From Tubulanus polymorphus (Eukaryota; Animalia; Nemertea), in contig NC_134030.1 in the NCBI RefSeq assembly GCF_964204645.1, forward strand, positions 9,265,222-9,329,221: 64,000 nt of DNA, written 5' to 3'. Below, one piece after another: positions 1 to 25,392 of this stretch. Made by a program: the position numbers and the translations under genes. Position 1 is the stretch's first letter; each line of letters begins with the position of its first letter. The notes under the pieces were generated by a model. The model ran no database searches, was not told where the DNA came from, and was given only the letters and a program-made list of their open reading frames with translations.

Positions 1-1282
1 CGAAAGAATATGCACGCGTGTCCCTACCTTTAGATATTAATAGGACCGCCGCATGTTTCGAGCTATTTTTCGGAAAAATTTCTCTCGAGATAGGAGAGAA
101 AATGTTCTAGTTGATCAGAGCGATGATAAGAGCCACAGCAACATCTTTCATCAATCAAATCAGTATGTCTCGCGATAAAATGATGACAAAATATGGAAAA
201 TCGCGAACGGTTGTCAGTTCCGATAGTCAACCATAGTCATAGATGATTAAATTAAGTCATTCGTGTTAACAGCTGCAAGTACGCTACATATCAACGCATA
301 ACGGCAGACACTACGGTCCTTTTGAAAACACTAAGTCAATATCTAAAGCCGCCTGCACACTAACGAGTATTGCGTACCGAAAGTTCGTACGGATTTAGCG
401 TAGAATGTACGAGCCAAAAAATGCGTTCCGACAAGGGAGCTGTGGCAAGCGTGTATGCATTGTACGAGCATATTCAGCTCATATCTGCAACATTTACAAG
501 CCCCATTTCATAGGACTTGTAAACATTGCAGATACATCATGAATATAGTTGTTATGCATGCCGCACATTTGCCACAATTCTATCCCCCTTGTCGCGCTTA
601 TTTGGATGCAAATGAATTCTTCGGTTGCTTTTACTTCTCCCCTTCGCGAAAATCCCGATTGCAAGGGTCTTGCACCAGGAGTATTTTCTATTAATTCTAG
701 TAGGCCCATATTATGCAGAAAGTGAGAATCAATGACTTTCTTTTCCGAAATCGATATGCTAGCCGCTTTCATCAGTTTTTGTGTTATCATGCATATGCAT
801 ATCAATGTCGAAAGCGCCGGAAAGTGCGCAGAATTCCCCGCACATCTGAGCGTACTTTGCGCCACGTCGAGAATTATCAAAAATGTTAGATACGTATCTG
901 GCGACGGGCAAAATATGCTAGAAAATCACCCGCCACACACTCGATATTCGTACGGGAGCCTTGAAAAAAAACTACCGGTAAACTTCAACCCTACAGCCGT
1001 TTAAGCGTAATTCCAACAGATCAATCGAACCGTCATTAAATGAAGGAACGCACGACGTAAAATTGAATTAAATTTTACGCGCCACGAAATTCAATCATCA
1101 ATTCCTGAAACTCATCCATTTTCGTAACCGGCTCAACTCCCCGCGGATAGAAAAACAAGACTAGGAGACGATCGCGACACTGCACGTGCAAAATCGATTT
1201 TCGGAACACCGACGGGCTCAGAAGATTATCGCGAATTATCAAAACTGAAAAAAATTCTTGTTTTTATCGCGCGTCGACTTAC

Positions 1283-4200
1283 CGGTCCGCGTAGTAGTTT
1301 GACATTTACGTCGCAATTAGTTAGTTCAACTTTAGTAGGCGTTTCCTGCGACACGAGAACCTGGAATGCCAGCTCTGATGAATCTATTATTCCGTGTATC
1401 ACCTGGAACGGGTAAAAACAGTTTCGACTGAACCAACGGATGAGATAATAACTGGATGCATCATAGAAGTAAAGTCTGTACTATATCTTGTTGAAATAAT
1501 TGGATGCATCATAGAAGCAAAGTCTCTAATACAAGTTGCTGCAATAATTGAGCTATTATTTTTAAAGTAATGTATGGCGTTCTAGCTTTGTAAAATGGTG
1601 TTCTTTGTTAACAGCAGTTAGCTGTTGCTATCATCTGAAGAATTTACAGAATCTTGAAAGTTTGCATAATACAGACCTACAAGTACACTGGATGAACTTT
1701 ATTATATTGACTTGAGGCTGTTAGCATGAAAAAATATGGCGGTAAAACTCTATCTTATCTTGAAATACAGATATTTAAGGTAGTTGAGTATAAAATTTGG
1801 GTCCCTTAAAGAGTTGTTTAAGAAAAAGTGGTCATCTGTCTACCATCAATTTTTAGGCGTATTGAATGAGACATAATTCTTGATATCAAGTAATGATACC
1901 ACTCTATATCTGCTGCGTTTTTTAAATGTACATGTAACAAGTTCAAATTCGGTGATGCGTAACCTGACACTCAAAAAATATTACAATTTTATAAAGCCTT
2001 ATACCAGATTTATTGAAATCAGAGAAACGTCGTGTAGAAAAAATGGATTTCTTTGTGGTGCTAAGGACTAGTCTTTATCGGCGATCACATAGACACCGAT
2101 GTTCAAACAGTGAATTCAATAACCACAACATAAACAAGATGAACTTACACTGATAATGACAAATACAAGGTCGGACAAATTGTCATGATAAGTTATCTAG
2201 CTGATAAAAAAGGTGAAATAAAATTCACATTCAAGCCTACCCGAATATAGAAATGTAGTAGGCCTATGCTCATATAAGGCATGTATATGGAATTGCAGTA
2301 GCGATTACAATATTATCATATGAAGAGGATAAGTGTTATCCGAGTGGATGAATATACTTACAAATGTTTCTTTAGACGCTACTTCCGTATGAACATTAGT
2401 AACTCTTGGGGGGAGACTGCCAGCTAGTATCCGATCGAAACGCACCGACAGAGAGCTCTACAAAAATTTTAAAAAAAAACAGATTTTGAGCCGAAGAATT
2501 CCATCATTCACATTTATAAAGTCTACTTCTAGTAACCCAGAATATTTCTAACTCTTCTTCGTCAACAGACTGGGGTTCAGTGTCAGAGTCCCTACAGATC
2601 AGTCATTCCTGGATATAAGGAGTTTCCAAGGAGTTTTAAAGGAAAAAGTTTCAAATTTCGAGGAAGCAACTGCTTCACTTTCATATCCCAATTACTGTAG
2701 ACGCCTCCTAAATCGTTACTGTTTAAACATGTTAATTTGGTGGTTTTGTAAGCAAACTTTTTATCCCATACACTACTAAACTTTCTAATTCTGTAACCTC
2801 CTAAAAAGATCCTGGTTCCAGCTATAGGGGTTGTCTACTGTATAACTACAACCAAGACAAACATTTCTAATGGCCTATTTCTCAAAATTGACAGGAGTTT
2901 TGGGTATTTTGCTCGAATTAAAGGAGTTTCATGCGCTTTTAAAAGGATTTGGTTCAGAAGAAGTTTTCATGGAATCAAGGAGTCGTAGGGCCCTGAGTGT
3001 GTTGGCTTCCATCTTGTCAAATCTTCTGATAAAACCAGCCCAAATTAGTTAATTAGTTACTTTGCAATAGCATTAATCTAAATAAAAGGCATATCATAAA
3101 TCAAATTCAAGCTAAAAAGACAGAAAAGAATGTTTCTTAGACTTTACATGTGAATCGAAAGGGAGGGAGTCGAAAGGGAGGGGGTGTGAAGGATCTTGAG
3201 TTCTACATCAAACCTAAATCATGACAAGAATCTATTCTTTCAAAATCTTCACAATTTTCATTTTCAATGAAAAATTCTATCCAAACTGCAAACTGAGAAC
3301 AATCTAGGATAAAATGTTGTTCAAAATCGTGCTTCTCGACAGGCAGACACAGTCAGCGAGCGTTGAATCAGATAAGTTAAGTGTGCATTTCTAAGAATAA
3401 ATCGACCTCTACTAATGCTAAGCAGTACATAAACAACAGATCTAGTTCTCCATTTTTTAATGACCGACGTCTTGTTCTCGATTTTTTATAAGAACGGAAA
3501 AATCAATGACCAAAAAGACAATGCATCATTATACGATTCAATCCATCAACAATATCGCTTTTACTCGTTTATGATGAGAGGCTACCGATGGATTCTAAGA
3601 AGCTATAGTTTTGGCGCCGTAAAATAGTGAAGGATAAGAGGGTGGTGGGTGAAGTTAGGCTACATTCAATTGAGGAACATAACAAATTTGAAAGTATCCT
3701 ATCCAAAGTCAGATAAACAGCAGCATTAGACATTATTCATAGACTGTTAATCTGAGTATTTCAGATTTCATGAGCAAAAACCCACGGTTGATAATTTGAC
3801 AATCTATTCATTTATTAATGCTTCTCTGAAGTTTAGTTAAAACTAGTCATAAAGGAAAATATCAGAATAATTAGTTAAATCATGAACCGTGGTTTTTGCT
3901 CATCAAAGCCGCAGTTGGATCATTCGAGAAGGGTCATCCTTATTACCGAGATGATGTATTTTACCGAGATGAACCGAGATGAAATTAAATATAACATATC
4001 TATTTATTCCTTATCGATTTTAACACTTGAAATCACGTTATATCAGTAATAAATACCTCCTAGAGTCATATTTTACATATTTTTTTATTTAAAAAAATTT
4101 TGACTCAAAAAACGTAAACTCGGTTAGCAATAAAATTTCATTGAATTTGATTGATCGACGATCTCATCTCGGTAAAGTTAAAAGTTATTTTTCCAAAAAT

Positions 4201-5184
4201 ATCCGACAAAATATATAAAATATGAACCCAGCAGGCATTTATTACTGATATAATATGATTTCAATGGTTAAAATCGATATGGAATAAATAAATATGTTAT
4301 ATTTAATTTCATCTCGGTTCATCTCGGTTCATCTCAGTAAAATACATCATCTCGGTAATAAGGATGACCGTTTGAGAACAATGAAATTAAGCTAGTTTAC
4401 GAAAATCAGGATCAAACACCCTATTTTTCAGGATTATATCAAAATCCGAATGAAAGCATAGTCTATCAGATAGTTGCCTCATCTTTGGGGTTTAACTTTT
4501 ATAACGGATGAGGCTTAAATACATATACATCTCGGCCCAATTGCACAGTTAGGATTTTTAAGTCCGTAAGCGGTCTCAAATGATAAGACGGGTCTTAGAA
4601 TCAGGGTGGTCTAAGACGTGTCTTTAATCTAAAACTTTTTGAAATGACTGCGCCTTGGACTGGTTTCCGTGGTTCGATCATGAACACAAATCCAGTTGCT
4701 GGATATTCCACATTTATAACTGATGCCAAATTCAAAACTATTCTAAAAAAAATCTTACCTGTGACTTTTTAGCTTCATCATTCAACGCGGCTAACCAGTT
4801 CTGAATAAATCCCGGCGTTGTAGAATAGTTCAAGTAAATCCAATTTATTGCTGAATTAAGCCACTGACAGCTCTCTGTAGCGTAATGTATACCCGGACGA
4901 CTAGCAACACCCGAGGAAGATGGGGACGAGCCGCCGGCTCGTTGTTGCCGCCTAGAATCTTGCGAATTTTTCGGCTTCCCCGCGAAAATCTTTAAATACA
5001 ATTGCAGCGTCCCGACGACGACGCAGGCAAACACGATCCAACCGACGAAAAACATGTCGACAATATCCACTCGACGTATGTCAAAGGTTCGATACCATTC
5101 TAAAAATCTCCCATACCGGTCGGCCATGTTAGACCGAGTCTCCCCGAGCTTGTACCAAATTAACTTTAACGTTATATCAGCCAT
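1283..5184 (-). CDS. C2CD2L: C2CD2/C2CD2L (TMEM24)-like SMP-domain membrane protein, 5' part. Exons 4759-5184, 2362-2457, 1283-1402; continues beyond the window start
   Basis: Exon 1 encodes an N-terminal TM helix (MFFVGWIVFACVVVGTLQLYL) and an SMP-start motif (ESCQWLNSAINWIYL...WLAALNDEAKK). Two further phase-0 GT-AG exons stay in frame (SSLSVRFDRILAGSLPPRVTNV...; VIHGIIDSSELAFQVLVSQ...CDVNVKLLRGP). Family is recalled from similarity; the start codon could instead be the later MADRYG. Confidence 0.65.
2584..2995. mobile_element. Non-autonomous TIR element (MITE) with 5-bp target-site duplication AGTGT
   Basis: Ends cagagtccctac...gtagggccctg, with AGTGT on both sides (2579-2583, 2996-3000). 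The terminal sequence ctacagatcagtcattcc.ggatataaggag recurs at ~19382 and in reverse at ~59870-59918. Confidence 0.75.
3932..4369. mobile_element. Long-TIR foldback MITE (possibly Mutator-like)
   Basis: ggtcatccttattaccgagatgatgtattttac... mirrored by ...gtaaaatacatcatctcggtaataaggatgacc, with arms over 120 bp and internal accgagatga repeats. Possible degenerate ~10-bp TSD (attcgagaag/gtttgagaac). Confidence 0.8.
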
Positions 5185-6039
5185 GGTTGCACGGCGCCCA
5201 ATCAACGAGCTAGTTAAATAAAACTATTCCATAAACGGTCTACTTACCGCCTCTCGCACTCTCAGTACTATATACCTTCACACGCCGGTAAAAAGGTAAT
5301 TCGATACCGCCCGAGTATGCTGCACATTATTTACATCACTTTCTCCCCAGTTCCGTCGAAAGGGGTTTCCTAGTTCCGCCTTGTTGACGTCATTATGAGT
5401 GATGGAATTCCCAAATGAAATTGAGAACTTACGCACGCCACGACGGCGTCAAAGCGGCGGGCGGAGCCGTCCTCATTGTTAATGTGTACTTCGTTTACGT
5501 TTAAAATCAATATCCGTGCTAAAATCAATCGATGGATGAATATAAATAAATGGATATCTATCGCATCGTTCGTTCTTGCAATAAAACGGAAGTTTTTTTA
5601 GAGTGCCTGCTGCCTCGGTGTTTCCTTTTGTTCGGGTAATTTGACTAGACAGTAATGGCCATAAGAATTTTCGTGAAAATATATCTAAACAGGCCGCGTG
5701 TGTGTGGGAAGACATAATTCAGTTTACCTAAATGAACTTAATATATGGATAACGAATTCTCCACCTGGTCCCGATAACTGGAATTCCAGTTTTGCGTGGA
5801 AATGTCGAGTCAATTCAAAGCCATCGGTTCATGCGATTGTTACTAAAACTTGAGTTGAGTGTGTGTATGTGACTGGTAACTCCATGGCAACGTTGTGTCA
5901 TGGCCGACGGTGACAGTATTGTAAACACTGAAACACTTAGTGTTAGGCAGACAACTATTCGTGTCGTTTTGTAGAGAACGCGAGCGTTATAGAAATTGTT
6001 TCGAAATCGTGCGTTCAAATACTCATTCTCGTCATCATC
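5185..6039. promoter_or_regulatory. Putative bidirectional promoter between C2CD2L-like and CFAP68, with a CRE palindrome TGACGTCA (5385-5392) and an RFX X-box-like AACTCCATGGCAAC (5878-5891)
   Basis: Divergent ATGs about 855 bp apart, CpG-rich. Motifs read directly from the sequence; an X-box is expected upstream of a ciliary gene. Confidence 0.55.
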
Positions 6040-7054
6040 ATGAGTCAGTTCGAATACGAAAAAGACCCTCCGTTTCGAGAGATGGTTCGGGCATCGGGAC
6101 AGGCTGAGGTTTGGACTCATACTCACGACGAACTGAAATTCACGCAGTTCGGCTGGCGAAGTACAACGAAGGATACCGCCTACGGAACTCCGACTTTGAT
6201 CGGGAATTGGAACGAAAAACGATTCGATATAGGAGAATTGAAAAAGAGCAAGAGATTGCCGTCACAGGTAAAAAAGGAAATCGATATCTTATCAATTTTT
6301 GGAGTTTAATTCTAATCAAATGTTTATTCTTCAAACAACGGTTTTTAAAATAGAAAAAAAAACAAATCTTGAGTTTTTTTTCCAAGAAACTATCTATACC
6401 AGTAAGTTCTTTCCAAGAAACAATCCATATCATGGGGTCCACAAAAAATATTTCTTTCCATTTGATTAATTATTAATCTGATTTCGGCAGCCCTGTGTTA
6501 GAGTTAAATTTTTTATCCGTGAATTTTCAGGAGTTCCACAGTGAATAAAAGTAATAATCGAAATCTATAATAACGCATCCATTTTTTCTTTCTGAAATAA
6601 ATTTATCATTGCCATTTTATTCATTGCCAATTTCCTGTCTATCAGCCGACCATAGACGGGACTAGTACTTTCGTAATGTAAAAAAAGATAGAAAAATGTC
6701 GGAAAGTTTAATCTGTTTTTTACAATCTTTTTTTACATTGATACATTTTCAGTACGACCATTATTTCGAAACAACTTACAAAAATAGCTACAATCTTGGA
6801 CCGCACCAAGTTCCAGAGGAGTTAAAGCACCTTAAAGGTATTTTTTCGAGAGGTTGATATTGAAATTAAAATCAACGTTTGATATTTCATCGAGGCATTT
6901 TTTTGTAATTGCAGCTCGCCATCCGCATGCACATCCGGCTCACCAACCAGAATTAGACAGCAAAGAACTGAAAAGCATTTATAACAGTTTCGAAACCACT
7001 CAACGTGCATCGTACATGCATCCAACGGTCAGAAAAACTCCGTTGAGTAAATGA
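6040..7054 (+). CDS. CFAP68: Cilia- and flagella-associated protein 68 (C11orf1/UPF0686). Exons 6040-6267, 6753-6837, 6915-7054
   Basis: Spliced product contains FTQFGWRSTTKDTAYGTPTLIGNWNEKRFD...LPSQYDHYFETTY...HPHAHPAHQPELD, matching recalled C11orf1 motifs. GT-AG introns keep the frame. Confidence 0.85.
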
Positions 7055-8109
7055 TACCATGTACGTGTCCGTTTGGACCAGAGCAAGATCTTAGAATAAG
7101 ATCCCTAATGTGTGCGATTTCCAGTGTGTGACTTTGGGTGCTATTTTTAGTTTAGGTGTAAATAAAAAGTATTATCTAACGTGATCTTGTTTGTTTTCCG
7201 GCTCCGTAACTTCTTTAAACACTATCCTATTTATTGGATAAAAGCTTATTATTGCGTCATCGGCTCTTCACTCGCGGTTGGACGCGACCAAGCCCTGGCA
7301 AGCAAGGATGATTGAAATTGCACACCACACGTCAAAGCGAGCGATGTTAGAGTGCTGTAGGAAATATTTTTACAGGAAATTATTCTTTTTCACAGTAGAG
7401 TGTCTGCCCTTCCGTTGTTTGCTCCGTCACTGGCGACCGGCCGAAATGCACTAAAACAAATCTGCAACACTTGAAACGATAAAACATCCGGCGCAATATA
7501 TTTAGAATATTTTTATTTAGAACATTTTTAAATCACTTACTGGCAGACGGCTATCCAATCGATGTTCATTTTGACTTACATAGTTCAACGTGTCCGGGAA
7601 ATGAAATAGGGCTACTGAAATAAAATCGAACGGGGTTTGCATTCTACTGAAACGATTCGTTAATGATTAGTTTATGTTGCAGTTAGCGCCAAATGTCATA
7701 ACTAAAGCTGAATATTTTGTGGAGTGAATGTAGTTTGTTTTTAAATAGAAATAAATTAATAAGTCCGGTGTCACCTTAGTCAGGCTTACAGTGCATTATC
7801 TCACGGCTTTCCCTGAACCGGCAAACGATTCAGAGGGGTTTGTCAGTTGGGAGGCCCGGCCGGTTTATAGATTATAATGAATCACCATTCCCGGTACTGA
7901 ACAAGATAGAAATGTAGATCTATCGATACATTATAATACAAAGTTACTTGATTAAAGTGTAAAAATAAAAAACGACGATATCTATTTCAGAATTCACTCA
8001 TCGGCATGTGAGGATCTTCCTGAGGAGTACTCCGACCGTAATCGGGAGCATTGCGGTTAGATTCAGATGCTACACACGAGAGAGGGCAGCACTTTGTTTA
8101 CTAACAACC

Positions 8110-9941
8110 ATGGCAGCCACGACGGTTGTCAATTTGGGTATGCCCAGAGAAACTACCGAGTTTTCGGGCTCGTCGCAGGAAGATGTGGTGCACGCAAAAA
8201 ATTTCTGGCAATCGTTGCAACTTCATCCACCGATGGAATCGCGTCTGGTGTCGAGCGATATCCGACAAAGATTGAAGAAAGCACCTGTGGGCCGCCAACG
8301 TAAGATCTCTGTCGTCGACTCTCTGCGACTCCTGTCCTGACCCTTATTATCCTCCTCGACCTCAGCAGTCAGTCAATCAAAATTATTTCTAATTGAATGC
8401 AAACTTCTGCAACCTACACCCATTCATTTTCTTCGTGACAGTTGCCACAATTGTCAAGAACGTTGTAAATTCAACATAGCCAAAAAGCACGGCCGGTTGC
8501 TCAAAAGTTGGTTAGAGTTAACCAGTGGATAGTTGATATGGTGACAATTGAAATTTCATTGTTACTATGGTATTTAACGGCCGGTTATCTTAAACCAACT
8601 TTTGAGCAACTGGCCCCTGGTTTTCAAGAGTCGCTTTTTAGCACAATTTCTCAGCCCTGCAATATGGTTTCCTGCAGAAACAGCAATTTTCACTGTACCG
8701 GTAGTTCTCATTAGGGAATCGCTTCTGAAAACGCATGTCATTGATTTTGAATTCTATTGACCTGGTACACATGTGCTTGATTTGCAATTAGCCACTCTTG
8801 GCTTTTCTCATGTAGCAAAAAGCTTCCTGAAACCAGCCTTAAATCAGGAGTGGATCTTTTTCGGAAAATGGGAAGATGGCAGCCTCAAGTTACAATATGT
8901 TCCCAAAAGTCCTTAAGGGCCCGACAAACAGTGATCCATTATTATAGCATTCCTACTTGTAATTCTTTCAAGCTGCGCCATCTCATAATAATAATCTAAC
9001 TTCATTGTTCCATTTTAGCCAAGAATTATGTCTATGTTCCGATACAAGAAGATGAAAGTAAGTGGCCCGATCTCCAAACAAATTTGAAATACGGTATAGA
9101 ATACCGATCTAAAACTAATAGGAATTCACTTGGGTTTCAGAATTAAAAAACTTTTTACTGAAAGCTAAACACGAGGAACACCAGGTTCAAATGAAACGAA
9201 TCAGAGAATTGGCGCTAAAAAAACAGGAGACTAGATCTTTGCTATCAGCTCAACGGGTTCATAGAATGCAGGTAAACTGAATGAAAGATTCAGACTATTT
9301 TCAGCCTACTCGAGCTTATCCTTGTCAGTTATTGATTAGACTGTGTATAACTACTGTGGTTTTGTCAGTAACTGGACTATTAACGATGCAGTCATCAAAC
9401 AGACTAGTCACTAAGTCAGTAACCGAACTCTGATGAAGTTAGTAATTGGACTATGGCTCAGTCAGTAAAGCAAACTTAGTAACTTGATCGCGTAAGAAGT
9501 TAGTGACTGGACTGATGTATTTTCTCGATATTTTCAAAAGGTTTCAGTTTATAATATATCAAAACCTTCATGCCAATGAAAGATACTACCATACCTAGGC
9601 AACTCATCAATAATCAACATCCTCAGGCTTTTTAGAATAACTGATTTCCATTTTACAAAAATTAAGATATATTTCTTAAATCCACTTTAAAATGCATTTC
9701 TTCAATCCTGTGGCCGTAATTTTACTATTTCGGTGAATGTATAAATTTAAATCGGATGATCTTAATTTTGTAGCAAGAACTGATTTCGAATCACGTCGGT
9801 TTGAAACCGATCGATCCACCACGGTCGGGACCAGCTCGAGTAACGCCGACCGACGAAATCAATCCGCAAGATTGCCTTAAACAACTCGACGAATTCGATG
9901 AAAACAGAACGTTAGAAAATACGAATAAAATCAGTAGTTGA
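8110..9941 (+). CDS. HOATZ: HOATZ (C11orf88) cilia/flagella protein. Exons 8110-8299, 9019-9057, 9141-9271, 9774-9941
   Basis: [18 protein letters not shown]...PPMESRLV...RQRL resembles HOATZ (FAGSSEQDANLAKQFW...PPSESQLV...QRL). C-terminal QRVHRMQQELIS resembles QREERISKELIS. All four exons splice in frame. Confidence 0.85.
8491..8615. mobile_element. Short Tourist/PIF-Harbinger-like MITE in HOATZ intron 1
   Basis: ggccggttgctcaaaagttggtt ... aaccaacttttgagcaactggcc inverted termini. Confidence 0.7.
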
Positions 9942-11304
9942 TGTCTATACTCAGTAAATCCTAGCGACGACTAAAATTTGATTATCACTTAACTGATCAT
10001 TCGTTTGGGGTCATGTATGAAATATGTGCACTTTACTTTCTAACCCTATCCTACATATTACCCAACATCTAATCGGCTTGCAGATTATAGGCCTAGTGGA
10101 ACCTTGTTAGAACGATTCTGTTAGACTCGTTTATTACGATGATTTCCGGCATGTCCCAGCTAAGATGTTTAAGCTTAGGATACTATGAAACCGGTTAGAT
10201 ACGGCAATTTCCCATTGGCCCACTCGTATCGAGGTTCCGCTGTATTTGGTGATAAAATATATGTGTATTTGTGGAGAAAGTAGTTGAGGTTGCCAGGGGA
10301 ATTCTTTAAATATCCTAAGTACCAATATATCAATTGAATATAAGATTAAGGTTACCGTTTTACACTGCATTTTTTAGAAAAATGTAAAGCCTCCAAAGCA
10401 ATGATGTGGAAATGATATGAAGCAGGTTCAGTCTTTAATTGAGTGTGCACATATTTCAAAGATACCCGTCATGTCGAAATTCAACTGTTCTTGCTCCAGA
10501 GCGCTGAATGTGATGTACATAACACTTTCCTTTGAAAATAAATTTTTAATTTTTTGTAACGAATAAACCGGCTTCTTTCTTGTATGAAAATGTCAGCTGT
10601 GAATATCAACCCAGAAATGAGAACAAAAAATACATCACAACGTTCTTAATATCAATATAAAAGACATATATTACCATAGTATATAAATACATTATACAGG
10701 ACACGCACATGGTATTACTAATGAGAATATAGGCTTACAGTAAAAATCTGCCTCATCCAGAACAATGACATCATATTTTACGTAAATGGTACATTCATGT
10801 AAACAGGGAGGTAACTGAATTGTTACCAGATTTAATAAACAGATACCGATGAAGCGGGATCAACTGTTAGTTCAAAATGGCTTTGAGATGCTTAAAACTA
10901 CGTACACATATCTACATTGTCGCAAAAAAGGCTAACTTTACTACTTTAAAGCTACTTAGATGTTTTGAACTATTTTTAGATTGCACGTACTGCTAATATG
11001 AGTAAAGTATCTGATTAATTCGCAGATTCATCTACAGGTAAGCACTGACTGACTTTTGTAAACCGATGGACGAGGATTTTTCACCCAGACTTTTGGACAA
11101 TATCCAGATTTCGTACTATGGATGAATATAGGCATCGAGCATTACTATATTTCTAACACTGAAATATTTTGAATCGCGAGTTAAGTGAACTTGACTTGCA
11201 GTTGACATAACCAAGACCAGTAAACTAACGTTGAAATATCTTTCGATCCAGTTATTCCAAATAACCGTAAATGCAAATTTTCTTTCAGCTTTATCTCGAT
11301 ATAG

Positions 11305-24714
<13,410 letters not shown>

Positions 24715-25392
24715 TTTGTATTTCGCTGCATATCGCCGGAGCCATCCTTGTTAGGCGCCGTAGGTGCAATCGACAGACTCCGCATGACTCCGATCACTTT
24801 GATCAGCCGTCTCATAATCATTCCAAATGCCTAATGTTTGCCATGAAATGCAAGTTGATATTTTCATCGAATTATATATTAAACTAAATAAGTGCAAACC
24901 TTGTTCAAGGTCTTTTCTATCTTTTTCCTTAATCTTGAAATATACCGGTGTCATTGTTTCCTTTTGTAATTCGTTAATTCGTAGTCCATGCCCATAAGAA
25001 AATGTCGGCGTTTGAAATGAGATTACACTATTTTGATCATTTTACGATGCTTGAGAAGTCTGTTCAATAGATAAGAGGTGCCAATATTCGTGTTAAGGTT
25101 AAAACTTTGTCGAATCGGGTATCTGACAGAGGTGTCTATATCGGATATTGCTTTTTCGCCATGCGGTTCTCTCTTTGAATTCGTGGAGCACTTCAATCGT
25201 ATATTTTACTCATGAAGTACTCTTTTGTATTGTTTCGTCGTCAATTACTTCCAAACTATCTCGTATTTTCTCTGATACCGCGATACAACGCTTCCTAAGT
25301 CGACCACTCAAGCTGCCGATATAAATAAAAACGTGAATCTACATGAAATAATCGTATTCCACGTATTAACGCTGAATGAAGCTCACGCGAAA

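Noticed and set aside
455-1004. Overlapping short ORFs (79-128 aa)
   Set aside because: Intronic, no recognisable motifs, likely a decayed repeat element.
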